From contig OZ296648.1 in the NCBI GenBank assembly GCA_965655095.1, positions 131,688,001 to 131,752,000 on the forward strand: a DNA stretch of 64,000 nt. Reading direction: 5' to 3'. The first letter of the stretch is position 1. Every line of letters starts with the position of its first letter. Below are positions 1 to 13,615 of the stretch, one piece after another. The notes beneath the pieces are model-generated. The model worked only from the letters and a program-made list of their open reading frames with translations. It had not been told where the DNA came from and did no database searches. The DNA comes from Haplodiscus bocki. Lineage: Eukaryota. Made by a program: the position numbers and the translations under genes.

Positions 1-3000
1 ATTTTGGATACATTTTACTTCTGAAAAAATTCCATAGGGCTCGATTGAAAGTGTTTGAAAAAGTTGGAAAATTTGTAACCTTTTGAGCGTATTCTATCGG
101 CTCCATATCAACTCCAGCTTCTTTTAGAGGCTCTAAAACGCACTCACGTACACTGTAGCTATCGACAAACACGAGATCATGGTCATTGTGACCATACTAG
201 TTGATTAGATTGATTCGGGACCTCAGAGATATGAGCACTGGAATGGTCCACTTTACGATGTTAAAGTCTCACGGCATCATAACGTCCACTGGGGTCAACA
301 AATCCGTTTGTGTGGCTTTATCCACCTAATTCGTTGTCAACAACATGCGATAGGACGTTTACTTGGCGTCTGGGTCATGAAAATGGAAAACACGGAGGCA
401 AAAAGTTGTTCTTTACAACTGAGACTATTTGTTTTGACCAGAAATGGTCTGCTTTATTGCTACAACTGCGTAAAACCTAAGTTTTTTTTGGCCTCTACGC
501 AGCCGACCAGCTATCCAACAAAAGTTCAATAGCTAATTTGGATACACTTTACTCCTGAAGAAATTCCATAGGGCTCGATTGAAAGAGTTTGAAAAAGTTG
601 AAAAACTGTGACCTTTTGAGCGTATTCTATCAGCTCCGCATCAACTCCAGCATATTTTAGAGGGTCCAAAACGTACCCACGTATTAAGTAGCTAAAGACA
701 AACCAAAGATTGTGGTCATTGTGACCATACTAGTTGATTAGATTGATTCCAAACCTCAGAGATATGAGCACTGGAATGGTCCACTTTACGATGTTAAAGT
801 CTCACGGCATCATAACGTCCACTGGGGTCAACAAATCCGTTTTTGTGGCTTTATCCACCTAATTCGTTGTCAACAGCATGCGATAGGACGTTTACTTTGG
901 GTCTGGGTCATGAAAATGGAAAACAAGGAGGCAAAAAGTTGTTCTTTACAACTGAGACTATACGTTTTGACTAAAAATGGTCTGCTTTATTGCTACAACT
1001 GGGTAACACCTAATTTTTTTTTGGCCTCTACGCAGCCGACCAGCTATCCAAAAAAAGTTCAATAGCTAATTTGGATACACTTTACTCCTGAAAAAATTCC
1101 ATAGGGCTCGATTGAAAGAGTTCAAAAAAGTTGGAAAATTTGACCTTTTGAGCGTCTTCTATCAGCTCCGCATCAACTCCAGCATATTTTAGAGGGTCCA
1201 AAACGTACGCACGTATTAAGTAGCTAAAGACAAACCAAAGATTGTGGTCATTGTGACCATACTAGTTGATTAGATTGATTCCAAACCTCAGATATATGAG
1301 CACTGGAATGGTCCACTTTACGATGTTAAAGTCTCACGGCATCATAACGTCCACTGGGGTCAACAAATCCGTTTCTGTGGCTTTATCCACCTAATTCGTT
1401 GTCAACAGCATGCGATAGGACGTTTACTTGGGGTCTGAGTCATGAAAATGGAAAACAAGGAGGCAAAAAGTTGTTCTTTACAACTGAGACTATATGTTTT
1501 GACCAAAAATGGTCTGCTTTATTGCTACAACTGGGTAGCACCTAGCTGCTTTTTGTGGCCTCTACACAACCATCCAGCTAGTTAACAAATGTTCAATAGC
1601 TATTTTGGATACACTTTACACCTGAAAAAATTCCATAGGGCTCGATTGAACGAGTTTAAAAAAGTTGGAAAAATAGTTACTTTTTGAGCGTAATCTATCA
1701 GCTGCGCTTAAAGTCCAGCTTCCTTTAGAGGCTCTAAAACGCACTCAGTTTCACTGTAGCTATCGACAAACACGAGATCATGGTCATTGTGACCATACTA
1801 GTTGATTAGATTGATTCGAAACCTCAGAGATATGAGCACTGGAATGGTCCACTTTACGATGTAAAGTCTCACGGCATCTTAACGTCCACTGGGGTCAACA
1901 AATCCCTTTGTGTGGTTTTATCCACCTAATTCGTTGTCAACAGCATGCGATAAAACGTTTACTTAGGGTGTGGGTCATGGAAATGTCAAACACGTAGGCA
2001 AAGAGTTGTTTTTCAAAACTGAGACTATATGTTTTGACCAAAAATTGTCTCCTTTTTCGCTACAACTGGGTGACATCTAGCTGCTTTTTTTGGCCTCTAC
2101 GCAGCCCACCAGCTGCCCAACAAAAGTTCAAAAGCTATTTTGGATACATTTTACTTCTGAAAAAATTCCATAGGGCTCGATTGAAAGAGTTTAAAAAAGT
2201 TGAAAAAATGTGACCGTTTGAGCGTATTCTATCAGCTCCGCATCAGCTCCAGCTTGTTTTAGAGGGTCCAAAACGTACTCACGTATTTTTTAGCTAAATA
2301 CAAACGAAAGATTGTGGTCATTGTGAACATATTAGTTGATTAGATTGATTCGAAACCTCAGAGATATGAGCACTGGAATGGTCCACTTTACGATGTTAAA
2401 GTCTCACGGCATCATAACGTCCACTGGGGTCAACAAATCCCTTTGTGTGGTTTTATCCACCTAATTGGTTGTCAACAGTATGCGATAGGACGCTTACTTG
2501 GGGTCTGGGTCATGAAAATGGAAAACACGGAGGCAAAAAGTTGTTCTTTACAACTGAGACTATTTGTTTTGACCAGAAATGGTCTGCTTTATTGCTACAA
2601 CTGGGTAACACCTAATTTTTTTTGGCCTCTACGCAGCCGACCAGCTATCCAAAAAAAGTTCAATAGCTAATTTGGATACACTTTACTCCTGAAAAAATTC
2701 CATAGGGCTCGATTGAAAGAGTTTGAAAAAGTTGAAAAACTGTGACCTTTTGAGCGCATTCTATCAGCTCCGCATCAACTCCAGCATATTTTAGAGGGTG
2801 CAAAACGTACCCACGTATTAAGTAGCTAAAGACAAACCAAAGATTGTGGTCATTGTGACCATACTAGTTGATTAGATTGATTCGGGACCTCAGAGATATG
2901 AGCACTGGAATGATCCACTTTACGATGTTGAGGTCTCACGGCATCTTAACGTCCACTGTGGCCAACAAATCACTTTGTTTGGCCTTATTCATCTAATTCG

Positions 3001-6000
3001 CGGTCAACAGCATGCGATAGGACGTTTACTTGGCGTCTGGGTCATGAAAATGGAAAGCACGGAGGCAAAAAGTTGTTCTTTATAACTGAGACTATTTGTT
3101 TTGACCAAAAATGGTCTGCTTTATTGCTACAACTGGGTAACACCTAAGTTTTTTGTGGCCTCTACGCAGCCCACCAGCTACCCAACAAAAGTTCAATAGC
3201 TATTTTGGATACTTTACTCCTGAAAAAATTCCATAGGGCTCGATTGAAAGAGTTCAAAAAAGTTGGAAAATTTGACCTTTTGAGCGTCTTCTATCAGCTC
3301 CGCATCAACTCCAGTATATTTTAGAGGGTCCAAAACGTAACCACGTATTAAGTAGCTAAAGACAAACCAAAGATTGTGGTCATTGTGACCATACTAGTTG
3401 ATTAGATTGATTCCAAACCTCAGAGATACGAGCACTGGAATGGTCCACTTTACGATGTTAAAGTCTCACGGCATCATAACGTCCACTTGGGTCAACAAAT
3501 CCGTTTGTGCGGCTTTATCCACCTAATTCGTTGTCAACAGCATGCGATAGGAAGTTTACTTGGGGTCTGGGTCATGAAAATGGAAAACAAGGAGGCAAAA
3601 AGTTGTTCTTTACAACTGAGACTATATGTTTTCACCAAAAATGGTCTGCTTTATTGCTACAACTGGGTAACACCTAGCCGCTTTTTGTGGCCTCTACGCA
3701 GCTCACCAGCTAACGAACAAAAGTTCAATAGCTAATTTGGATACACTTTACTCCTGAAAAAATTCCATAGGGCTCGATTGAAAGAGTTTGAAAAAGTTGA
3801 AAAAAACTGTGAACTTTTGAGCGTATTCTATCAGCTCCGCATCAACTCCAGCTTGTTTTAGAGGGTCCAAAACGTACTCAAGTTTTTTGTAGCTAAATAC
3901 AAACGAAAGATTGTGGTCATTGTGACCATACTAGTTGATTAGATTGATTCGGCACCTCAGAGATATGAGCACTGGAATGATCCACTTTACGATGTTGAGG
4001 TCTTACGGCATCTTAACGTCCACTGTGGCCAACAAATCACTTTGTTTGGCCTTATTCATCTAATTCGCGGTCGACAGCATGCGATAGAACGTTTACTTGG
4101 GGTCTGGGTCATGAAAATGGAAAACAAGGAGGCAAAAAGTTGTTCTTTACAACTGAGACTATATGTTTTGACCAAAAATTGTCTCCTTTTTCGCTACAAC
4201 TCGGTGACATCTAGCTGCTTTTTGGCCTCTACGCAGCCCACCAGCTACCCAACAAAAGTTCAAAAGCTATTTTGGATACATTTTACTTCTGAAAAAATTC
4301 CATAGGGCTCGATTGAAAGTGTTTGAAAAAGTTGGAAAATTTGTAACCTTTTGAGCGTATTCTATCGGCTCCATATCAACTCCAGCTTCTTTTAGAGGCT
4401 CTAAAACGCACTCACGTACACTGTAGCTATCGACAAACACGAGATCATGGTCATTGTGACCATACTAGTTGATTAGATTGATTCGGGACCTCAGAGATAT
4501 GAGCACTGGAATGGTCCACTTTACGATGTTAAAGTCTCACGGCATCATAACGTCCACTGGGGTCAACAAATCCGTTTGTGTGGCTTTATCCACCTAATTC
4601 GTTGTCAACAACATGCGATAGGACGTTTACTTGGCGTCTGGGTCATGAAAATGGAAAACACGGAGGCAAAAAGTTGTTCTTTACAACTGAGACTATTTGT
4701 TTTGACCAGAAATGGTCTGCTTTATTGCTACAACTGCGTAAAACCTAAGTTTTTTTTGGCCTCTACGCAGCCGACCAGCTATCCAACAAAAGTTCAATAG
4801 CTAATTTGGATACACTTTACTCCTGAAGAAATTCCATAGGGCTCGATTGAAAGAGTTTGAAAAAGTTGAAAAACTGTGACCTTTTGAGCGTATTCTATCA
4901 GCTCCGCATCAACTCCAGCATATTTTAGAGGGTCCAAAACGTACCCACGTATTAAGTAGCTAAAGACAAACCAAAGATTGTGGTCATTGTGACCATACTA
5001 GTTGATTAGATTGATTCCAAACCTCAGAGATATGAGCACTGGAATGGTCCACTTTACGATGTTAAAGTCTCACGGCATCATAACGTCCACTGGGGTCAAC
5101 AAATCCGTTTTTGTGGCTTTATCCACCTAATTCGTTGTCAACAGCATGCGATAGGACGTTTACTTTGGGTCTGGGTCATGAAAATGGAAAACAAGGAGGC
5201 AAAAAGTTGTTCTTTACAACTGAGACTATACGTTTTGACTAAAAATGGTCTGCTTTATTGCTACAACTGGGTAACACCTAATTTTTTTTTGGCCTCTACG
5301 CAGCCGACCAGCTATCCAAAAAAAGTTCAATAGCTAATTTGGATACACTTTACTCCTGAAAAAATTCCATAGGGCTCGATTGAAAGAGTTCAAAAAAGTT
5401 GGAAAATTTGACCTTTTGAGCGTCTTCTATCAGCTCCGCATCAACTCCAGCATATTTTAGAGGGTCCAAAACGTACGCACGTATTAAGTAGCTAAAGACA
5501 AACCAAAGATTGTGGTCATTGTGACCATACTAGTTGATTAGATTGATTCCAAACCTCAGATATATGAGCACTGGAATGGTCCACTTTACGATGTTAAAGT
5601 CTCACGGCATCATAACGTCCACTGGGGTCAACAAATCCGTTTCTGTGGCTTTATCCACCTAATTCGTTGTCAACAGCATGCGATAGGACGTTTACTTGGG
5701 GTCTGAGTCATGAAAATGGAAAACAAGGAGGCAAAAAGTTGTTCTTTACAACTGAGACTATATGTTTTCACCAAAAATGGTCTGCTTTATTGCTACAACT
5801 GGGCAACACCTAGCCGCTTTTTGTGGCCTCTACACAGCTCACCAGCTAACGAACAAAAGTTCAATAGCTAATTTGGATACACTTTACTCCTGAAAAAATT
5901 CCATACGGCTCGATTGAAAGAGTTTGAAAAAGTTGAAAAAAACTGTGACCTTTTGAGCGTATTCTATCAGCTCCGCATCAACTCCAGCTTGTTTTAGAGG

Positions 6001-9000
6001 GTCCAAAACGTACTCAAGTTTTTTGTTGCTAAATACAAACGAAAGATTGTGGTCATTGTGACCATACTAGTTGATTAGATTGATTCGGCACCTCAGAGAT
6101 ATGAGCACTGGAATGATCCACTTTACGATGTTGAGGTCTTACGGCATCTTAACGTCCACTGTGGCCAACAAATCACTTTGTTTGGCCTTATTCATCTAAT
6201 TCGCGGTCGACAGCATGCGATAGGACGTTTACTTGGCGTCCGGGTCATGAAAATGGAAAACACGGCGGCAAAAAGTTGTTCTTTACAACTGAGACTATTT
6301 GTTTTGACCAAAAATGGTCTGCTTCATTGCTACAACTGGGTAACACCTAAGTTTTTTTGTGGCCTCTACGCAGCCCACCAATTACCCAACAAAAATGCAA
6401 TAGCTATTTTGGATACACTTTACTCCTGAAAAAATTCCAAAGGGCTCGATTGAAAGAGTTCAAAAAAGTTGGAAAATTTGACCTTTTGAGCGTCTTCTAT
6501 CAGCTCCGCATCAACTCCAGCATATTTTAGAGGGTCCAAAACGTACCCACGTATTAAGTAGCTAAAGACAAACCAAAGATTGTGGTCATTGTGACCATAC
6601 TAGTTGATTAGATTGATTCCAAACCTCAGAGATATGAGCACTGGAATGGTCCACTTTACGATGTTAAAGTCTCACGGCATCATAACGTCCACTGGGGTCA
6701 ACAAATCCATTTGTGTGGCTTTATCCACCTAATTCGTTGTCAACAGCATGCGATAGGACGTTTACTTGGGGTCTGGGTCATGAAAATGGAAAACAAGGAG
6801 GCAAAAAGTTGTTCTTTACAACTGAGACTATATGTTTTGACCAAAAATGGTCTGCTTTATTGCTACAACTGGGTAACACCTAGCCGCTTTTTGTGGCCTC
6901 TACGCAGCTCACCAGCTAACGAACAAAAGTTCAATAGCTAATTGGGATACACTTTACTCCTGAAAAATTTCAATAGGGCTCGATTGAAAGAGTTTGAAAA
7001 AGTTGAAAAAAACTGTGACCTTTTGAGCGTTTTCTATCAGCTCCGCATCAACTCCAGCTTGTTTTAGAGGGTCCAAAACGTACTCAAGTATTTTGTAGCT
7101 AAATACAAACGAAAGATTGTGGTCATTGTGACCATACTAGTTGATTAGATTGATTCGGCACCTCAGAGATATGAGCACTGGAATGATCCACTTTACGATG
7201 TTGAGGTCTCACGGCATCTAACGTCCACTGTGGCCAACAAATCAGTTTGTTTGGCCTTATTCATCTAACTCGCGGTCGACAGCATGCGATAGGACGTTTA
7301 CTTGGCGTCCGGGTCATGAAAATGGAAAACACGGAGGCAAAAAGTTGTTCTTTACAACTGAGACTATATGTTTTGACCAAAAATGGTCTGCTTCATTGCT
7401 ACAACTGGGTAACACCTAAGTTTTTTTGTGGCCTCTACGCAGCCCACCAGCTACCCAACAAAAGTTCAATAGCTATTTTGGATACACTTTACTCCTGAAA
7501 AAATTCCATAGGGCTCGATTGAAAGAGTTCAAAAAAGTTGGAAAATTTGACCTTTTGAGCGTCTTCTATCAGCTCTGCATCAACTCCAGCATATTTTAGA
7601 GGGTCCAAAACGTACCCACGTATTAAGTAGCTAAAGACAAACCAAAGATTGTGGTCATTGTGACCATACTAGTTGATTAGATTGATTCCAAACCTCAGAG
7701 ATATGAGCACTGGAATGGTCCACTTAAACGATGTTAAAGCGTCACGGCATCATAACGTCCACTGGGGTCAACAAATCCGTTTGTGTGGCTTTATCCACCT
7801 AATTCGTTGTCAACAGCATGCGATAGGACGTTTACTTGGGGTCTGGGTCATGAAAAAGGGAAAACAAGGAGGCAAAAAGTTGTTCATTACAACTGAGACT
7901 ATTTGTTTTGACCAGAAATGGTCTGCTTTATTGCTACGATTGGGTGACATCTAGCTGCATTTTCTGACCTCTCTGCAACCCGCCAGCTACCTAATAAAGG
8001 CTCAAGATATTTTGAATACACTTTACGCCAAAAAAAACCACAGGGCTCGACTGAAAGAGTTTAAAAAAGTTGGGAAAATTTGTGACCTTTTGAGCGTATT
8101 CTATCAGCTCCGAATCAACTCCACCTTCTTTTAGACGATCCAAAACGTACTCAGTTACACTTTAGCTATGGACAAACGCCATATTGTGGTCAATATAGCC
8201 ATACTAGATAAGTAGATTGATTCGGCACCTCAGAGATATGAGCACTGGAATGATCCACTTTACGATGTTGAGGTCTCACGGCATCTTAACGTCCACTGTG
8301 GCCAACAAATCACTTTGTTTGGCCTTATTCATCTAATTCGCGGTCGACAGCATGCGATAGGACGTTTACTTGGCGTCCGGGTCATGAAAATGGAAAACAC
8401 GGCGGCAAAAAGTTGTTCTTTACAACTGAGACTATTTGTTTTGACCAAAAATGGTCTGCTTCATTGCTACAGCTGGGTAACACCTAAGTTTTTTTGTGGC
8501 CTCTACGCAGCCCACCAGCTACCCAACAAAAGTTCAATAGCTATTTTGGATACACTTTACTCCTGAAAAAATTCCATAGGGCTCGATTGAAATAGTTCAA
8601 AAAAGTTGGAAAATTTGACCTTTTGAGCGTCTTCTATCAGCTCCACATCAATTCCAGCAAATTTTAGAGGGTCCAAAACGTACCCACGTATTAAGTAGCT
8701 AAAGAAAAACGCAAGATTGTGGTCATTGTGACCATACTAGTTGATTAGATTAATTCGGTACCTCAGAGATATGAGCACTGCAATGATCCACTTTACGATG
8801 TTGAGGTCTCACGGCATCTTAACGTCCACTGTGTCCAACAAATCAATTTGTTTGGCCTTATTCATCTAATTCGCGGTCAACAGCTTGCGAAAGGACGTTT
8901 AGTTGGGGTCTGGTTCATGAAAATGGAAAACACGCAGGCAAAAAGATGTTTTCTAAAACTGAGACCATATGTTTTGACCAAAACTGGTCTCCTTTATTGC

Positions 9001-12000
9001 TACGATTGGGTGACATCTAGCTGCATTTTCTGACCTCTCTGCAACCCGCCAGCTACCTAATAAAGGCTCAAGATATTTTGAATACACTTTACGCCAAAAA
9101 AAATTCCACAGGGCTCGATTGAAAGAGTTTAAAAAAGTTGGGAAAATTTGTGACCTTTTGAGCGTATTCTATCAGCTCCGAATCAACTCCACCTTCTTTT
9201 AGAGGCTCCGAAACGTACTCACGTATCTTATAGCTATAGACAAACGCAAGATTGTGGTCATTGTGACCATTCTAGTTGATTAGATTGATTCGGGACCTCA
9301 GAGATATGAGCACTGGAATGATCCACTTTACGATGTTGATGTCTGACGGCATCTTAACGTCCACTGTGGCCAACAAATCACTTTGTTTGGCCTTATTCAT
9401 CTAATTCGCGGTCCACAGCATGCGATAGGACGCTTACTTGGCGTCCGGGTCATGAAAATGGAAAACACGGCGGCAAAAAGTTGTTCTTTACAACTGAGAC
9501 TATTTGTTTTGACCAAAAATGGTCTGCTTCATTGCTACAACTGGGTAACACCTAAGTTTTTTTGTGGCCTCTACGCAGCCCACCAGCTACCCAACAAAAG
9601 TTCAATAGCTATTTTGGATACACTTTACTCCTGAAAAAATTCCATAGGGCTCGATTGAAAGAGTTCAAAAAAGTTGGAAAATTTGACCTTTTGAGCGTCT
9701 TCTATCAGCTCCACATCAACTCCAGCAAATTTTAGAGGGTCCAAAACGTACCCACGTATTAAGTAGCTAAAGAAAAACGCAAGATTGTGGTCATTGTGAC
9801 CATACTAGTTGATTAGATTAATTCGGTACCTCAGAGATATGAGCACTGCAATGATCCACTTTACGATGTTGAGGTCTCACGGCATCTTAACGTCCACTGT
9901 GGCCAACAAATCAATTTGTTTGGCCTTATTCATCTAACTCGCGGTCAACAGCCTGCGATAGGACGTTTAGTTGGGGTCTGGTTCATGAAAATGGAAAACA
10001 CGCAGGCAAAAAGATGTTTTCTAAAACTGAGACCATATGTTTTGACCAAAACTGGTCTCCTTTATTGCTACGATTGGGTGACATCTAGCTGCATTTTCTG
10101 ACCTCTCTGCATCCCGCCAGCTACCTAATAAAGGCTCAAGATATTTTGAATACACTTTACGCCTAAAAAAAATCCACAGGGCTCGATTGAAAGAGTTTAA
10201 AAAAGTTGGGAAAATTTGTGACCTTTTGAGCGTATTCTATCAGCTCCGAATCAACTCCACCTTCTTTTAGACGACCCAAAACGTACTGAGTTACACTTTA
10301 GCTATGGACAAACGCCATATTGTGGTCAATATAGCCATACTAGATAATTAGATTGATTCGGAACCTCAGAGATATGAGCACTGGAATGGTCCACTTTACG
10401 ATGTTAAGGTCTCCACGATATCTTAACGTCCACTCTGGCCAACAAATCGCTTCCTTTGGCCTTATGCACCTAATTGGTGATCAACAGCGTGCGATAGGAC
10501 GTTTAGTTGGGGTAATCGTCATGAAAATGGAAAACACGGAGGCAAAAAGTTGTTTCTTAAAACTGAGACTATATATTTGGACAAAGATGGTCTCCTTTAT
10601 TGCTACAACTCGGTGACATCTAGCTGCATTTTCTGACCTCTCTGCAACCCGCCAGCTACCTAATAAAGGCTCAAGATATTTTGAATACACTTTACGCCAA
10701 AAAAAATTCCACAGGGCTCGATTGAAAGAGTTTAAAAAAGTTGGGAAAATTTGTGACCTTTTGAGCGTATTCTATCAGCTCCGAATCAACTCCACCTTCT
10801 TTTAGAGGCTCCGAAACGTACTCACGTATCTTATAGCTATAGACAAACGCAAGATTGTGGTCATTGTGACCATTCTAGTTGATTAGATTGATTCGGGACC
10901 TCAGAGATATGAGCACTGGAATGATCCACTTTACGATGTTGATGTCTGACGGCATCTTAACGTCCACTGTGGCCAACAAATCACTTTGTTTGGCCTTATT
11001 CATCTAATTCGCGGTCGACAGCATGCGATAGGACGTTTACTTGGCGTCCGGGTCATGAAAATGGAAAACACGGCGGCAAAAAGTTGTTCTTTACAACTGA
11101 GACTATTTGTTTTGACCAAAAATGGTCTGCTTCATTGCTACAACTGGGTAACACCTAAGTTTTTTTGTGGCCTCTACGCAGCCCACCAGCTACCCAACAA
11201 AAGTTCAATAGCTATTTTGGATACACTTTACTCCTGAAAAAATTCCATAGGGCTCGATTGAAAGAGTTCAAAAAAGTTGGAAAATTTGACCTTTTGAGCG
11301 TCTTCTATCAGCTCCACATCAACTCCAGCAAATTTTAGAGGGTCCAAAACGTACCCACGTATTAAGTAGCTAAAGAAAAACGCAAGATTGTGGTCATTGT
11401 GACCATACTAGTTGATTAGATTAATTCGGTACCTCAGAGATATGAGCACTGCAATGATCCACTTTACGATGTTGAGGTCTCACGGCATCTTAACGTCCAC
11501 TGTGGCCAACAAATCAATTTGTTTGGCCTTATTCATCTAATTCACGGTCAACAGCCTGCGATAGGACGTTTAGTTGGGGTCTGGTTCATGAAAATGGAAA
11601 ACACGCAGGCAAAAAGGTGTTTTCTAAAACTGAGACCATATGTTTTGACCAAAACTGGTCTCCTTTATTGCTACGATTGGGTGACATCTAGCTGCATTTT
11701 CTGACGTCTCTGCAACCCGCCAGCTACCTAATAAAGTCTCAAGATATTTTGAATACACTTTACGCCTAAAAAAATTCCACAGGGCTCGATTGAAAGAGTT
11801 TAAAAAAGTTGGGAAAATTTGTGACCTTTTGAGCGTATTCTATCAGCTCCGAATCAACTCCACCTTCTTTTAGACGACCCAAAACGTACTCAGTTACACT
11901 TTAGCTATGGACAAACGCCATATTGTGGTCAATATAGCCATACTAGATAATTAGATTGATTCGGAACCACAGAGATATGAGCACTGGAATGGTCCACTTT

Positions 12001-13369
12001 ACGATGTTAAGGTCTCCACGATATCTTAACGTCCACTCTGGCCAACAAATCGCTTCCTTTGGCCTTATGCACCTAATTGGTGATCAACAGCGTGCGATAG
12101 GACGTTTAGTTGGGGTAATCGTCATGAAAATGGAAAACACGGAGGCAAAAAGTTGTTTCTTAAAACTGAGACTATATATTTGGACAAAGATGGTCTCCTT
12201 TATTGCTACAACTCGGTGACATCTAGCAGCTTTTTCTGACCTCTACACGACCATTCAGATAGTTCAGAAATGTTCAATAGCTATTTTGGATACACTTTAC
12301 TCCTGAAAAATTTCCATAGGGCTCGATTGAAAGTGTTTGAAAAAGTTGGAAAATTTGTGACCTCTTGAGCGTATTCTATCAGCTCCATATCAACTCCAGC
12401 TTTTTTAGAGGCTCCAAAACGTACCCACGTATTAAGTAGCTAAAGAAAAACGCAAGATTGTGGTCATTGTGACCATACTAGTTGATTAGATTAATTCGGT
12501 ACCTCAGAGATATGAGCACTGCAATGATCCACTTTACGATGTTGAGGTCTCACGGCATCTTAACGTCCACTGTGGCCAACAAATCAATTTGTTTGGCCAT
12601 ATTCATCTAATTCGCGGTCAACAGCTTGCGATAGGACGTTTAGTTGGGGTCTGGTTCATGAAAATGGAAAACACGCAGGCAAAAAGATGTTTTCTAAAAC
12701 TGAGACCATATGTTTTGACCAAAACTGGTCTCCTTTATTGCTACGATTGGGTGACATCTAGCTGCATTTTCTGACCTCTCTGCAACCCGCCAGCTACCTA
12801 ATAAAGGCTCAAGATATTTTGAATACACTTTACGCCTAAAAAATTCCACAGGGCTCGATTGAAAGAGTTTAAAAAAGTTGGGAAAATTTGTGACCTTTTG
12901 AGCGTATTCTATCAGCTCCGAAACGTACTCACGTATCTTATAGCTATAGACAAACGCAAGATTGTGGTCATTGTGACCATTCTAGTTGATTAGATTGATT
13001 CGGGACCTCAGAGATATGAGCACTGGAATGATCCACTTTACGATGTTGAGGTCTCACGGCATCTTAACGTCCACTGTGGCCAACAAATCACTTTGTTTGG
13101 CCTTATTCATCTAATTCGCGGTCGACAGCATGCGATAGGACGTTTAGTTGGGGTCTGGTTCATGAAAATGGAAAACACGCAGGCAAAAAGATGTTTTCTA
13201 AAACTGAGACCATATGTTTTGACCAAAACTGGTCTCCTTTATTGCTACGATTGGGTGACATCTAGCTGCATTTTCTGACCTCTCTGCAACCCGCCAGCTA
13301 CCTAATAAAGGCTCAAGATATTTTGAATACACTTTACGCCAAAAAAAATTCCACAGGGCTCGATTGAAA
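1..13369. repeat. Tandem satellite array, ~534-bp monomer, ~25 copies, with higher-order repeats; continues beyond the left edge
   Basis: Landmarks such as GGGCTCGATTGAAAG and GAGATATGAGCACTG recur every ~533-535 bp. Block 1-~1498 is repeated at offset 4268 (8 monomers). Offsets of ~1068 (6178/7247/8315/9383) and 1603 (9383/10986, 9916/11519, 10353/11956) also recur. Confidence 0.98.
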
Positions 13370-13615
13370 GTGGATGAAGAAGTGGGAAGGGTGGTGGGGG
13401 GTGGGGTGGATGAAGAATCGGGGGAGGAGGTGGTGGATGAAGAATCGGGGGAGGGGGTGCTGGTTGAAGAAGTGGTGGGGGGTGGTGGTTGAAGAAGTGG
13501 TGGTTGCAGAAGTGTGTGTGTGTGGTAAGGGGGTCGAAGAAGTGGGGTGGGGGATTGGTCAAAGAGGTGGGGTGGGGGTGGTCAAAGAAGTGGGGGGTCG
13601 TCAAAAAAAGTGGGG
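13370..13615 (+). repeat. G-rich low-complexity junction (degenerate GAAGAAGTGG/GGTGGGG units), G-quadruplex-prone
   Basis: Abrupt switch from satellite to a tract with many G3-G6 runs and almost no C. Confidence 0.85.

Noticed and set aside
308-13278. Repeated 61-93 aa ORFs in the satellite (MCGFIHLIRC...) as a peptide gene family
   Set aside because: They begin at TTG codons, their ends vary through homopolymer indels, some monomers carry stops, and there is no recognisable domain; they are by-products of the repeat
1-13369. CRISPR array or tandem rRNA/snRNA gene cluster
   Set aside because: Whole monomers are homologous (no unique spacers), there are no cas genes, the context is eukaryotic, and I recognise no 5S, U snRNA or SL RNA sequence
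13370-13615. Telomeric repeat
   Set aside because: No regular TTAGGG/TTAGG-type unit
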